Shown here in pieces: positions 1 to 9,019 of a stretch of 20,367 nt of DNA. Location of the stretch: contig CAVVKJ010000015.1 of NCBI GenBank assembly GCA_963748815.1, positions 1 through 20,367 on the forward strand. Direction: 5' to 3'. Below the pieces are notes generated by a model. That model searched no databases and was not told the DNA's origin. It was given only the letters and a program-made list of their open reading frames with translations. Within the stretch, counting starts at the first letter, position 1, and every line of letters begins with the position of its first letter. Origin of the DNA: an uncultured Gemmatimonadales bacterium. GTDB taxonomy: Bacteria > Gemmatimonadota > Gemmatimonadetes > Gemmatimonadales > GWC2-71-9. The position numbers and the translations under genes are program-made.

Positions 1-260
1 GGTCCTTGCGGACAGAACAGAACTACTCATTCGGCTTGGGTGGTTGGCTGGCGACGCCACGGGTGAAGTGTCCGTCGGGCGACGGAACGGTGCCCCGGTG
101 GCCGACAGCGGGATCACGGTGGCACGCAGCTTTGCAGAATTCCTCGGCCAGGCGATTACGAATCCGGAGCCCTTCTTCCGCGCTCCATGTTTGTGCCACT
201 GCACTCAGCCGATGGAGGAGGGCGCCAGCCGAAGAGTGGCTGACCCGGCGGGATGGTCGG

Positions 261-1172
261 CTAGCCACCGCCCCGCGGCCCCGCGGCCCCGCCAAGCAGC
301 GCCCGCAGCCCAATCAACGCCCGCTCCTCCTGCGCCGTCGCTCCGAAGGAGCCGTCCTTCCGCTGCATCGAGAGCAGCGCCGGCACCGCCCGCGCAATCG
401 CCTTCCGGGCGGGCGGCGTGTTGGCCACCAGCAACGACTCCAGCGCGTGGAAGAGGTCGGCGTTGGCCCAGGTGCCGTCTCCCTGCTGGTTTTCCGCGAT
501 GAATAGGGCGGTCTTGAGCGTGGCGCCGCGGTAGACCGGCGGCGAGATCGCCAGCGGATGCAGGGCCGCGATGATGAGGTCGGGCGCGTAGTACCCGCTC
601 CAGTCATCCCACACATCGGCCAGCACAGCCAGGCTGGTCAGGTGTTTCTTGACGCTTGCCTTCCCCGCCAATCCCGCCATCAGCACGGCCCGCAGCGCGA
701 GGCAGCTCACCGCGAACCGCGCCTGCGCCTCGGCGCGAAAAGTCTTGCCGCAGGGCATCGTGATCGGCGCCAGCCGTTCGGTCTCCGGCGCCGGTGCGAA
801 GAAACCCGCCAGGTAGTGGTCGCACGCCTTCTGCTCGTGGCGCGCCGGGTGGCAGCCCTCGCCGAACGCCCCCGGTTGTCCCGCCAGCCCAAGGGTCCAG
901 GTGATGAAGCGCGCCGTGCCCGGCTCCTGCCCCGAGTGGCCCAGGTCCATCAACTCGATGGCGCGCCAGATGGTGGGCAGCGCCGCGCCGCCGACGCTGC
1001 CGTCGGGGCGGAGCCCCTTCTGCAGCGCGGCGATGATGGCCGTGCGCGCGGCGTCGTCTCCGGGCGCCGGCCGGCCGAGCGCCTCCCGCGCCAGGAGCGC
1101 CGCGCGGGTACGGCGCGGGGCAAAGAACTCCTCGAGCCGCGTGACGGCGGCGTCGGTGTTGGGGTGCTTCAT
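261..1172 (-). CDS. Hypothetical protein with prenyltransferase/squalene-cyclase-like (alpha/alpha toroid) repeats
   Basis: Start placed at ATG 1172 (MKHPNT...), overlapping the upstream stop as ATGA. Helical protein with QW-like motifs LRPDGSVG, NQQGDGTW, MQRKDGSF. Confidence 0.65.
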   Translation of the reverse strand: MKHPNTDAAVTRLEEFFAPRRTRAALLAREALGRPAPGDDAARTAIIAALQKGLRPDGSVGGAALPTIWRAIELMDLGHSGQEPGTARFITWTLGLAGQPGAFGEGCHPARHEQKACDHYLAGFFAPAPETERLAPITMPCGKTFRAEAQARFAVSCLALRAVLMAGLAGKASVKKHLTSLAVLADVWDDWSGYYAPDLIIAALHPLAISPPVYRGATLKTALFIAENQQGDGTWANADLFHALESLLVANTPPARKAIARAVPALLSMQRKDGSFGATAQEERALIGLRALLGGAAGPRGGG

Positions 1173-1534
1173 GCCAGGAGGAGCGAGAGGATGCCGCCTG
1201 CAGCCGCCCCGCGGAGGCCACCGAGGAGCACGTGCGCCAGGGGAGGGAAGGGGGAGTCGTCCATGTCGGCTATCCGCATCCAGCCGGCCCACTCGACCAG
1301 CAGCCCCATCAGCCCGAAGAGGAGCCACCAGCCGCCGTGCCCGAGGCTCGCGAACCAGAGCCCTGCGATGAGCGTGAAGAGCAGCGCTTCGATGAAATAG
1401 GCGCCGGGTGCCCGGCGCAACACCGTGCGCCCCGGCTCTCGCGTTCCCCCGGCCACCTTGCCCTCGATCGCCTCCCAAAGGAGGAAGAAGAGCCACACGG
1501 CCATCCAGCCGAGCACCAGGCGCGCGAGAGGCAT
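1169..1534 (-). CDS. Small integral membrane protein (about 4 TM), unknown function
   Basis: 121 aa with four hydrophobic stretches. Starts 5 nt after the amidohydrolase stop and overlaps the next gene by 4 nt. Confidence 0.75.
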   Translation of the reverse strand: MPLARLVLGWMAVWLFFLLWEAIEGKVAGGTREPGRTVLRRAPGAYFIEALLFTLIAGLWFASLGHGGWWLLFGLMGLLVEWAGWMRIADMDDSPFPPLAHVLLGGLRGAAAGGILSLLLA

Positions 1535-1539
1535 CCCCG

Positions 1540-2898
1540 CTACCAGCGATTGCGGATCGAATCCGCCAGGATGAGCTGGCCGCGCACCATCACGCGGGTG
1601 ACGGAGCGCGTGTTCCGGATATCCGCCAACGGGTCCCGACCCAGGATCACCAGGTCGGCGGCCTTGCCCGGCACCAGCGTGCCCAGCGAGTCCGCCCCCA
1701 GGAGCGCCGCCGCGTCGCGCGTGGCCGCCCGCAGCGCCTCCGCGGGGGTCAGTCCCGCGCCGACGAGCAGCTCGAGTTCAAGGTGCTCGCTGGCACCCGG
1801 CACCAGCATCTGGTTCGAGGCGTCGGTACCGGTCACGATCCGTCCGCCGGCCTGCCGGAATGCCCGCACGAACAGGTCCTGCATCGGCCGTCCCCGGCGG
1901 AACGCGGCGAAGTCGGCGGGCGTCCAGCCGGCACGGCTCACCATTTCTGGAACGTTCCACGCCGCCCGCTCATTGGCGGGCACCGAGAGCAGGTCGGGAT
2001 TCGTGGCGGAGGCGCTGTCGTCCAACCGGCTGAACACCTCGTGCAGCGCCAGCGTCGGGACCATCGTCACCTTCGTCTCGGCGAGTTGCTCCGCCAGGCG
2101 GGAAAGGGTGACGGAATCGAGGGTGGCCCAGCTTCGCTCGAAGGCGGTCCACCCCGCCCAGAAGCCGTTCTGGTGGGCGGCGAAGAGCGCATCGGGCCTT
2201 CCCGCCGCTTCCGGCACGCCGCTGAGGTGCTCGATCGACGCGACACCGAGCTTGCTCGCCGTGAGCGCGTCGGTCAGGCCGAGGTGAACGGCCACCGGCA
2301 TCCGGAAGGTGCGGGCCTCGTCGACCACCGCCTCGAGGAGTTCCGGTGTGAGGCGGGTGTAACCCTTGATGAAGTGAGCGCCGGCGACGGAGAGGCGGTC
2401 CACGGCCTGCCGTGCCCCGCGGCTGTCGGTCACTTCGGTGGCATTGGGATAGGTGGCGGGCGCGCCGTCGATCATCGCCCCCGCCACGTAGATCCGCGGG
2501 CTCAGGCCGCCGCCGAGGTCGGCGGCCTCCGACATCGCGAAGATGCTGTCGGCCTGGTTGTGGACATCGCGCACGGTGGTGACGCCGTAGGCCACGTAGC
2601 GGTCGAGGGCCCAGCGGGCCACGTGCGCGTGGGCGTCGATGAGGCCGGGGATGATCCAGCTGCCGGACACGTCGACCTGCTTGGTGCCACGGGGGAGAAG
2701 CACATTTTCCCGCTGACCGACCGCCTCGATGGTGCTGCCCCGCACGAGGACCACGCCATCGCGAATGGGTGTGCCGCCTCGACCGTCGAGGATGGTGGCA
2801 CCCATGAGGGCCGTGCGCGGGGGGCCCTGTTCGGCGCAGCCGCCGAGGAGGGAGAGGCCGAGGGCCAGGGTGGTGACGGTCGCTGCGGCTCTGATCAT
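1540..2898 (-). CDS. Amidohydrolase family lipoprotein
   Basis: PGLIDAHAH metal motif, GVTTVRD, GTDA, GTLVPGKAADLVIL. Lipobox LLGGC. Confidence 0.9.
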   Translation of the reverse strand: MIRAAATVTTLALGLSLLGGCAEQGPPRTALMGATILDGRGGTPIRDGVVLVRGSTIEAVGQRENVLLPRGTKQVDVSGSWIIPGLIDAHAHVARWALDRYVAYGVTTVRDVHNQADSIFAMSEAADLGGGLSPRIYVAGAMIDGAPATYPNATEVTDSRGARQAVDRLSVAGAHFIKGYTRLTPELLEAVVDEARTFRMPVAVHLGLTDALTASKLGVASIEHLSGVPEAAGRPDALFAAHQNGFWAGWTAFERSWATLDSVTLSRLAEQLAETKVTMVPTLALHEVFSRLDDSASATNPDLLSVPANERAAWNVPEMVSRAGWTPADFAAFRRGRPMQDLFVRAFRQAGGRIVTGTDASNQMLVPGASEHLELELLVGAGLTPAEALRAATRDAAALLGADSLGTLVPGKAADLVILGRDPLADIRNTRSVTRVMVRGQLILADSIRNRW

Positions 2899-2928
2899 CG
2901 CGAGGCCCGAACGGTGAAGGGGTCGGCG

Positions 2929-2957
2929 GAAAAGCGCCCCGGGGTGGCCGGGGCGCT
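2929..2957 (-). terminator. Probable intrinsic terminator of the H1-like gene
   Basis: 10-bp stem AGCGCCCCGG/CCGGGGCGCT, 5-nt loop, short T run on the minus strand, 8 nt past the stop. Confidence 0.6.
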
Positions 2958-2965
2958 GGAGGAAT

Positions 2966-3358
2966 CTACTTCCCTCTCTTCTTTACCGGCGCCTTCTTCC
3001 TGGCAGGCGCTTTCCGCTTCGCGGCCTTCTTCACCGCTTTCTTCTTCGCGGGCGCCTTCTTCCTGGCGGCCTTCTTCGCCGCCTTCTTCTTTGCCGGTGC
3101 CTTCTTCTTGGCGGCCTTCTTCACCGTGTTCTTCTTCACCGTCTTCTTCTTTGCCGGTGCCTTTTTCTTGGCGGGCGCCTTCTTCTTTGCCGGCTTCTTA
3201 GCGGCCTTCTTCTTCGCCGCGGCGGGCTTTCTCGCCGGCGGTGCAGGAGGCGCCGGCGGTGGCGGTGGGGGTGGCGGAGGAGTCGGCACCTTTTGGGGTG
3301 ACATCGGCATGGGGTCCATCCATCCCGCCCCGGACCAGCCCATCTCCAGATCGCTCAT
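2966..3358 (-). CDS. Histone H1-like Lys/Ala-rich DNA-binding protein
   Basis: GGAGG RBS upstream of ATG 3358. Poly-Pro linker followed by many PAKKK/AAKKK repeats. Confidence 0.8.
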   Translation of the reverse strand: MSDLEMGWSGAGWMDPMPMSPQKVPTPPPPPPPPPAPPAPPARKPAAAKKKAAKKPAKKKAPAKKKAPAKKKTVKKNTVKKAAKKKAPAKKKAAKKAARKKAPAKKKAVKKAAKRKAPARKKAPVKKRGK

Positions 3359-3465
3359 CGGGTGTTCCTCCGCCTGCTGGTGCGACGCCCCCCGTCGCCG
3401 GACCGCGCAACCTGCGCGGGCGTAATTTCTTCCCTAATTACTCGCACTTCCGGAGAGGTTGTGCA

Positions 3466-3481
3466 AGCACCGGCCGTGCCT
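3466..3481 (-). promoter_or_regulatory. Possible sigma54 -24/-12 site upstream of the H1-like gene
   Basis: Minus strand AGGCACGGCCGGTGCT has GG-N10-GC spacing with two mismatches to TGGCACG-N4-TTGCW. Confidence 0.25.
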
Positions 3482-3654
3482 GGATCGGTTCCGATGCATG
3501 GCTGAGGGGGTGTGCTGCGCGCCAGGCACCGACAAACGTGACCGTAAGCCATTGTACACCAATCTGTTATGCCGCTTAGACCGAAGAATGTCTGATCGGC
3601 CCCTGTCAGGGCCCCCTCGCAATGACAGCAGGGTCGCCTCCATCCCGAGTCGCT

Positions 3655-3682
3655 AGTCCTCAATCCTCAGTCCCCAGTCCTT
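3655..3682. repeat. Degenerate 7-bp tandem repeat (AGTCCTC x4)
   Basis: AGTCCTC AATCCTC AGTCCCC AGTCCTT. Reverse complement of the unit at 13198-13218. Confidence 0.7.
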
Positions 3683-3703
3683 TCTCCCTTCCCTCGCTTC
3701 CTT

Positions 3704-3709
3704 TAGTTT
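3704..3709 (+). promoter_or_regulatory. -10 element of a probable leaderless transcript
   Basis: TAGTTT, 6 nt, then GTG 3716. No purine-rich RBS upstream. Confidence 0.5.
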
Positions 3710-3715
3710 CCCCCC

Positions 3716-5902
3716 GTGATCCGCCCCCGAATCCTGTCCCTGGTGCTCCTCGTCCTGCCCTCCCTCCTCTGGGCGCAGGCCGCTGTCGAGGTGCAGGTGA
3801 CGCCCGCGCAGCTGCGGCTGCGAGTCGCGCAGCAGGAGCGGCTCTTCCTCAGCGCCTACGACGCCGACGGCAATCTCCTCTCCGAGCCGGCGTTCTCCTT
3901 CGCCGTCTCGAAGGTCGGGGTGGTGAGCGTGGACAAGGCGGGGACGGTGGTCGGGGTCGCCCCGGGGACGGCGACGATCGAGGTCCGTGCCGGCACCGGG
4001 AAGGCCAACGTGTCCGTCACGGTCACCGGGCCGCCACCGCCGCGGGAACCCGAACCGGTTCCCGTCCTGCCTGCGGGCGCGCGCCTCGTTCCGAATCCCG
4101 ATACGCTCTGGCTGCTGCGGCTCGAAACGGCGCGTGTCTCGATGGCCCTCACCACACCGAGCGGTTCCGGGCTCGGCCAGGTGCAGGTGAGCTGGCGGTC
4201 GACGGCACCCGACGTCGTTTCGGTGACGGACGCCGGCGAAGTCAACGCGCTCCAGTGGGGCGTGGCGCAGCTGATCGGGACCGGTCCCGGCGGGCTGACG
4301 GGTACGGTGAACGTCCTGGTGCGTAACGACTCACTCGCCGTGACCCCCGATCGAATGGTCCTTCCCGTGACCGGTGCGGATTCGGTGCAGGTCACCGTCC
4401 CGGCCCAGGGAGGTCGCCCCGTCACCCAGGGAATCGCCTGGCGGAGCAGCGACTCGACCGTGTTGCGTGTCAGTCGCGATGGGGTCGCCCTCGGCGCCTC
4501 CCCCGGTGAAGCGCACATGCTCATGGTCGGGTTCGGGCAGCAGCGGGCCGTGCGAGTGACCGTTCACCCGCCTGTGACCCGACTCCTCCTTGCCCCCGCG
4601 CCGAACGTGCCCATCCGGCTCGCTCCCGGGGCGACCGCCCCGTTCGTGCTACAGGCGCTCGCGGCCGATTCCTCCCCCGTCGCCATTGCCGGCTACGACT
4701 GGGTGGTGGGCGACACGACTGTCGCCACCTTCGACCCGGTCTCCAGGCGGCTTACCGGCCGCGGCATCGGCCGCACCACCCTGACCATGACGACGTTCGG
4801 TTTCGAGCCCACGGTCTGGGAGGTGGAAGTCTTTGCCGGCGGTCTCGCGTTCCGACGGGAGCGGCTTCGCCTCCTCCCTGGGATGAGCGACTCCCTGGTC
4901 GTGGCGGTGCTCGACGCGAACGGGCAGGCCATTGGCCCGCCAAGTGCCGTCGACTACACCATCGACCGGCCGGAGGTGGCCACGGTCGACTCCGCCGGGT
5001 ACGTCACGGCGGCGAGCGTCGGCGGCGCGACGATCACCGCGCGCACGCCGTGGGGCACCACCGCCACGATCCGCCTCTTCGTGACGGACGACCTCCTGCT
5101 GAGCGTGCGCCGCGGTGCCGGCGCCGACCTTGTGCAGGTCGATCCCGCCGATGCCGGATCGCTCGTACCAATGCTCGTCAACGGAGGTCTGAACCAGCAG
5201 GCGGTGTGGTCTGCCGACGGGACGCGTATCGCCTTCAGCGGCACCGTCGACGGCAATGCGGACATCTACGTGATGGACGCCGACGGAAAAAACCTCACCC
5301 GCCTGACGACCACCTCCGAGGCGGACCTGGAACCGGCATGGTCGCCCGATGGCGGGACGATCGCCTTCACGTCCCTCCGGGGCGGTACGTCGCAGATCTG
5401 GGCCATGAACGCCGACGGCACCAGTGCGCGACAGCTCACCGACGGCGCCGGCGCAAGTTCGTCGCCCACCTTCCGGCGCGATGGCCGGATGATCGCCTTC
5501 ATCTCGACCCGCGATGGCAACGCCGATCTCTTTGAAATGGGGAGCGAGGGCGCCGAGCCGACCGCCATTACGCGGACGCCGGAACCGGAATCGTTCCCGG
5601 CGTACTTCCCGAATGGTGATCTAGCCGTTGCCGTGACCCGGCCCGGTCGCGGGGACATCCTCCGCATCCGCGCCGGCGACGGACAGCGGATTATGCTGCA
5701 GTCGATGGCGGGAACCATCACGTCCCTGGCGCTCGCGCCGGACGGCGGCACCCTCGCCTTCGCGCTGGCGCAGCCGGCCGCCGACCCGAAGGCGCCGCCG
5801 GTCGTTTCGTTCCAGTTCAAGGGACTCACCCCCGACCTCGCGCCGCTGGTCCTGCCAATCCCCGGTGATGTCGTCTCGGCCTCCTTCCAGGGTACTCGGT
5901 GA
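3716..5902 (+). CDS. Exported protein with tandem Ig-like (Big_2-type) domains and a C-terminal PD40/TolB-like beta-propeller
   Basis: Signal peptide ending LWA-Q. Repeated WRSS/T..V..V...G.V.A...G.A Ig-like motifs. PD40 repeats WSADGTRIAF, PAWSPDGGTIAF, PTFRRDGRMIAF. Confidence 0.88.
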   Translation: MIRPRILSLVLLVLPSLLWAQAAVEVQVTPAQLRLRVAQQERLFLSAYDADGNLLSEPAFSFAVSKVGVVSVDKAGTVVGVAPGTATIEVRAGTGKANVSVTVTGPPPPREPEPVPVLPAGARLVPNPDTLWLLRLETARVSMALTTPSGSGLGQVQVSWRSTAPDVVSVTDAGEVNALQWGVAQLIGTGPGGLTGTVNVLVRNDSLAVTPDRMVLPVTGADSVQVTVPAQGGRPVTQGIAWRSSDSTVLRVSRDGVALGASPGEAHMLMVGFGQQRAVRVTVHPPVTRLLLAPAPNVPIRLAPGATAPFVLQALAADSSPVAIAGYDWVVGDTTVATFDPVSRRLTGRGIGRTTLTMTTFGFEPTVWEVEVFAGGLAFRRERLRLLPGMSDSLVVAVLDANGQAIGPPSAVDYTIDRPEVATVDSAGYVTAASVGGATITARTPWGTTATIRLFVTDDLLLSVRRGAGADLVQVDPADAGSLVPMLVNGGLNQQAVWSADGTRIAFSGTVDGNADIYVMDADGKNLTRLTTTSEADLEPAWSPDGGTIAFTSLRGGTSQIWAMNADGTSARQLTDGAGASSSPTFRRDGRMIAFISTRDGNADLFEMGSEGAEPTAITRTPEPESFPAYFPNGDLAVAVTRPGRGDILRIRAGDGQRIMLQSMAGTITSLALAPDGGTLAFALAQPAADPKAPPVVSFQFKGLTPDLAPLVLPIPGDVVSASFQGTR

Positions 5903-6936
5903 AGGCCCTCGTCCTGCCAAAGCTTGGTGGATGGGAAGACCTCGTCGTGGATGACGTCCCGGCGCCGGAAATCCGCCACCCGAACCAGGTCCGGGTGCGG
6001 GTACACACCGCCGGCATCAACCATCTCGATCTGTTCATTCTCGGCGGGCTCCCCGGCATCACCTACACATTCCCGCACATCGTCGGCAGCGATGCCGCCG
6101 GGGTGATCGAATCGGTCGGGTCGGCAGTGACGGGCTGGAAGATCGGTGACCGGGTGATGATGAACCCCGGCATCGGCTGCAATGAGTGCGAACTGTGCGC
6201 TGCCGACCAGCAGCCGCTTTGCCGCGACTACCGCCTCCTTGGCGAGCATGTCCCGGGCACCATCGGGGAGTTCGTCGTGGTCCCGGCGACCAACCTGGCG
6301 CGAGTCCCGGATGCCATGCCATGGACGCAGGCCGCCGGTTTTTCGCTCGTGGCGCTTACCTCCTGGCGGATGATGATGGCCCGCGCGAAGGTGCGGGCCG
6401 GCGAGACGGTCCTCATCTGGGGCATCGGCGGCGGGGTGGCGCAGTGCTGCCTGCAGATCGCCGGGATGCTCGGTGCAACGACGATCGTCACCAGTTCCTC
6501 CGATGAAAAGCTGGAGCGGGCCCGCGCGCTGGGCGCCGACCACCTGCTCAACCACGCTCGTGAGGATGTGCCGAAGGCGGTCCGCGCATTCACCGGTGGG
6601 CGCAATGCCGACGTCGTGGTCGACAACGTCGGTGAGGCCACCTGGCAGAAATCGTTGCGCGCGCTCGGCCGCGGCGGTCGCCTCGTGACGTGTGGCGGCA
6701 CCACCGGGCCGATGGTCACCACCGACGTGCGGAAGCTCTTCTGGTACCAGTGGGACATTCTGGGGAGCACGATGGGCGGCGACCGGGAGTACCAGGAAGT
6801 GGCGCGGCACGCCGCCGAGGGGCGGTTCTGGCCGGTGGTGGACTCGGTGGTTCCGCTGTCGGAGGGGGCGCAGGCCTTCCGGCGCATGGCCGATGGCGCA
6901 CAGTTCGGCAAACTCGTGATCGAGGTGGCACCGTGA
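5899..6936 (+). CDS. Zinc-binding dehydrogenase (MDR superfamily)
   Basis: GINHLD, GSDAAG, four structural-Zn Cys (CNECELC...C), Rossmann-like WGIGGGVA, C-terminal QFGKLVI. GTGA overlap with the upstream gene. Confidence 0.92.
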   Translation: MKALVLPKLGGWEDLVVDDVPAPEIRHPNQVRVRVHTAGINHLDLFILGGLPGITYTFPHIVGSDAAGVIESVGSAVTGWKIGDRVMMNPGIGCNECELCAADQQPLCRDYRLLGEHVPGTIGEFVVVPATNLARVPDAMPWTQAAGFSLVALTSWRMMMARAKVRAGETVLIWGIGGGVAQCCLQIAGMLGATTIVTSSSDEKLERARALGADHLLNHAREDVPKAVRAFTGGRNADVVVDNVGEATWQKSLRALGRGGRLVTCGGTTGPMVTTDVRKLFWYQWDILGSTMGGDREYQEVARHAAEGRFWPVVDSVVPLSEGAQAFRRMADGAQFGKLVIEVAP

Positions 6937-7634
6937 ACGAACTCTGGGACCGGCTCTCCTACGGGATGGAACAGCTCAGCTTCTTCCTGCCGGCCATCAT
7001 CGGCGCCGGCGTCCTCCTGCTGGCCGGGTACTTCGTGGCACGGCAGGTGGAGAAGTGGGTGGACCGCACCCTGATGAAGCTCAACTTCAACCGCATGGCC
7101 AAGGAGGGCGGACTCGCCGAAGTCATGGAGCGCGCGGAACCGTCGCTCGATCCGGTGCACGCCGTCGGCAAGCTCGCCTTCTGGCTCGTGATGCTGGTGG
7201 TGATTCTGCTCTCCAGCACGGCGCTCGGGCTCGAGAGCATCAACGAGATGTTCGGCCTGATGCTCGGCTTCCTGCCGACGCTGATCAGCGCCATCGTCAT
7301 CGTCATCCTCGGCATCGTGGTCGGCGAATTCCTGCGCGGACTGATCGTGGCATCGGCCGGCGGGGTGGAGGGTGTGCCGACGCTCGCCCGGGTGTCGAAG
7401 GGCGTCGTGGTCATGATCGCGGTGTTCATGGCGGTGCAGCAGGTGGGCGTCGCCGAGGACATCGTGACGACGGCGTTCACACTGATCCTTGGGGCGGTCG
7501 CGCTCGGTGCCGGTCTGGCGTTCGGCATCGGGAACACGAAGTTGGCCGGGGAGGTCACCCGCCGCTGGTACGAGGAGGGGCGGCGGCCACGGACGGAGCG
7601 GACACGGGCGACGGATCCGAAGCCGGAGGAGTAA
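6933..7634 (+). CDS. Membrane protein with conserved TM-helix repeats (CmpX / mechanosensitive channel N-terminal-like)
   Basis: GTG 6933 overlaps the upstream TGA and follows GAGGTG. Two repeats FLPAIIGAGVLLLAGY / FLPTLISAIVIVILGI. C-terminal ALGAGLAFGIG. Confidence 0.8.
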   Translation: MNELWDRLSYGMEQLSFFLPAIIGAGVLLLAGYFVARQVEKWVDRTLMKLNFNRMAKEGGLAEVMERAEPSLDPVHAVGKLAFWLVMLVVILLSSTALGLESINEMFGLMLGFLPTLISAIVIVILGIVVGEFLRGLIVASAGGVEGVPTLARVSKGVVVMIAVFMAVQQVGVAEDIVTTAFTLILGAVALGAGLAFGIGNTKLAGEVTRRWYEEGRRPRTERTRATDPKPEE

Positions 7635-7651
7635 ACGCCGTCTTTCCGAAC

Positions 7652-7718
7652 CGTCACCCCCGCGAACGCGGGGGTCCAGTGAACAGACATCTGGATTCCC
7701 GCTTGCGCGGGAATGACG
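7652..7718. repeat. Inverted pair of CGTC-tagged REP-like palindromes
   Basis: CGTCACCCCCGCGAACGCGGGGGTCCAG (7652-7679) and inverted CTGGATTCCCGCTTGCGCGGGAATGACG (7691-7718) between convergent genes. Confidence 0.85.
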
Positions 7719-7740
7719 AGCTTGGCACCGTCGGTCCCGC

Positions 7741-7796
7741 TGCCCCGCTGCCCCGCTGCCCCGCTGCCCCGCTGCCCCGCTGCCCCGCTGCCCCGC
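7741..7796. repeat. Perfect 8-bp tandem repeat (TGCCCCGC x7)
   Basis: Seven exact copies, ending 3 nt from the CBS gene stop. Confidence 0.95.
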
Positions 7797-7799
7797 TTC

Positions 7800-8234
7800 C
7801 TACCTCACATCAAACATGTAGCTGTTGAGGTACTGGATGGTGGCGGCGTGCTCCGCCACCTGGAAGGCCAGCAGGTCGCCGCTGGTCACGAGCCCCACCA
7901 ATCCCCGCGCGTCGGTGACCGGCAGGTGCCGGATGCGCTTCTTGCTCAGGATGGCGCCGCACTCGTCAATGCTGGTTTCGGGCAGGCAGGTGATGACAGG
8001 CGAGGTCATCACCTCGCGCACCTTCGTTTCCGCCGGACTCCGCCCCGCCGCCACCACCCGCCGCAGGATATCTCGTTCCGTGAAGACGCCCAGCAGGGTG
8101 CCGTCTTCCAGCACGACGAGCCCGCCGATGGTGTGATGGTTCATCACCTGGGCGGCGGCGAGGACGGTGTCGGACGGGGCGATGGAGATGACGTCGCCGC
8201 TCTTGCGAGCAAGCAGGTCGCGGACGGTGGGCAT
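7800..8234 (-). CDS. CBS domain pair protein
   Basis: GVFTERDILRRV, VREVMTSPVIT, IRHLPV, GLVTSGDLL. AGGAG RBS. Confidence 0.93.
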   Translation of the reverse strand: MPTVRDLLARKSGDVISIAPSDTVLAAAQVMNHHTIGGLVVLEDGTLLGVFTERDILRRVVAAGRSPAETKVREVMTSPVITCLPETSIDECGAILSKKRIRHLPVTDARGLVGLVTSGDLLAFQVAEHAATIQYLNSYMFDVR

Positions 8235-8310
8235 CGGCGCGCTCCTGAGGAGGATGCTCCGATATTACGTGTTCGGTGCGGGGACCGCCAGCGCCGGGCC
8301 GAAGGCAGGG

Positions 8311-8670
8311 TTAGCGGCGGGACCGACGGATGATGGCGGCCAGGATTCCGGCGCCTGCCGCCGCGATGGCGATCGCCACGATGGGCCAGGGTGCGGTGTC
8401 GCCCCCGGCGGCACTCCCGGAACCGATGAAGCCGGCCGCAACGCCCAGCCCGACGATACCCGCGATCAGCGCCGCGGCAACCCGGCGTCTGGACGGCACC
8501 GTCGCCGATTCCTGCCCGATGGCGATCGCCGCGGCGGCGCGGAGGTCTTCCTTGCTGGTGCCGGGGTACTGGGCCTCGAACTTCTCGACCTCAGCCCGGA
8601 GGCGCCGGCCGAGATCCTGGGCCCGTGCCGAGGCCGGCGGCGGCGGTGGGACCATCGGGACGAATACCAT
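8311..8670 (-). CDS. Hypothetical membrane protein (2 C-terminal TM helices)
   Basis: 119 aa. ATG directly follows the upstream TAG (TAGATG), with GGAG upstream. Confidence 0.7.
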   Translation of the reverse strand: MVFVPMVPPPPPASARAQDLGRRLRAEVEKFEAQYPGTSKEDLRAAAAIAIGQESATVPSRRRVAAALIAGIVGLGVAAGFIGSGSAAGGDTAPWPIVAIAIAAAGAGILAAIIRRSRR

Positions 8671-8847
8671 CTAGAACTCCCGTTTCTTCATCTCCTTGAA
8701 GAGCCGCCGGGTTTCGGAGTCCATCTCCTCCGGCTTCTGCCGCAAGGTGGAGTCGTACTGCGCCGCGCGCTCGGCCACCGGCGGCTTGATTTTGGCGGCG
8801 TTCTTCTGGGCCAGCCGGGCAATCCGCTGGTCGTCTTTCTTGGACAT
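8671..8847 (-). CDS. Small basic hypothetical protein (58 aa)
   Basis: GGAGG RBS 4 nt before ATG 8847. MSKKDDQRIARLAQ...EMKKREF abuts the next gene. Confidence 0.7.
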   Translation of the reverse strand: MSKKDDQRIARLAQKNAAKIKPPVAERAAQYDSTLRQKPEEMDSETRRLFKEMKKREF

Positions 8848-8905
8848 CGGGCCTCCGTTCAAGGGTGGGCGAAATCTAAGGAAACGCCCGCCAATTTGCT
8901 TCCGG

Positions 8906-8932
8906 GTAGGGGTGGGCTCACGCCCACCCCTA
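8906..8932. repeat. GTAG-tagged REP-like palindrome
   Basis: GTAGGGGTGGGC-TCAC-GCCCACCCCTA. Related copies at 10420, 10516 and 13428. Confidence 0.75.
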
Positions 8933-9019
8933 GCGAGACGAACTCGCAAATTTGTGCCGGGCGACGGGCCTTTCCCGGCCAATTGGCCCGGTCAGGTTTC
9001 TGGTTGGCAAATCCTAGGG

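Noticed and set aside
1..30. Possible gene start on the minus strand (MSSSVLSART) running off the window
   Set aside because: Only 10 codons are visible and there is no clear RBS, so it cannot be supported.
120..136. Sigma54-like TGGCACGCAGCTTTGCA
   Set aside because: GG-to-GC spacing is 11 rather than 10, and no plus-strand gene follows.
1408..3201. 597-aa plus-strand ORF (likewise 5266..6810 and 8696..9886)
   Set aside because: Antisense to genes with clear motifs, with no recognisable domains.
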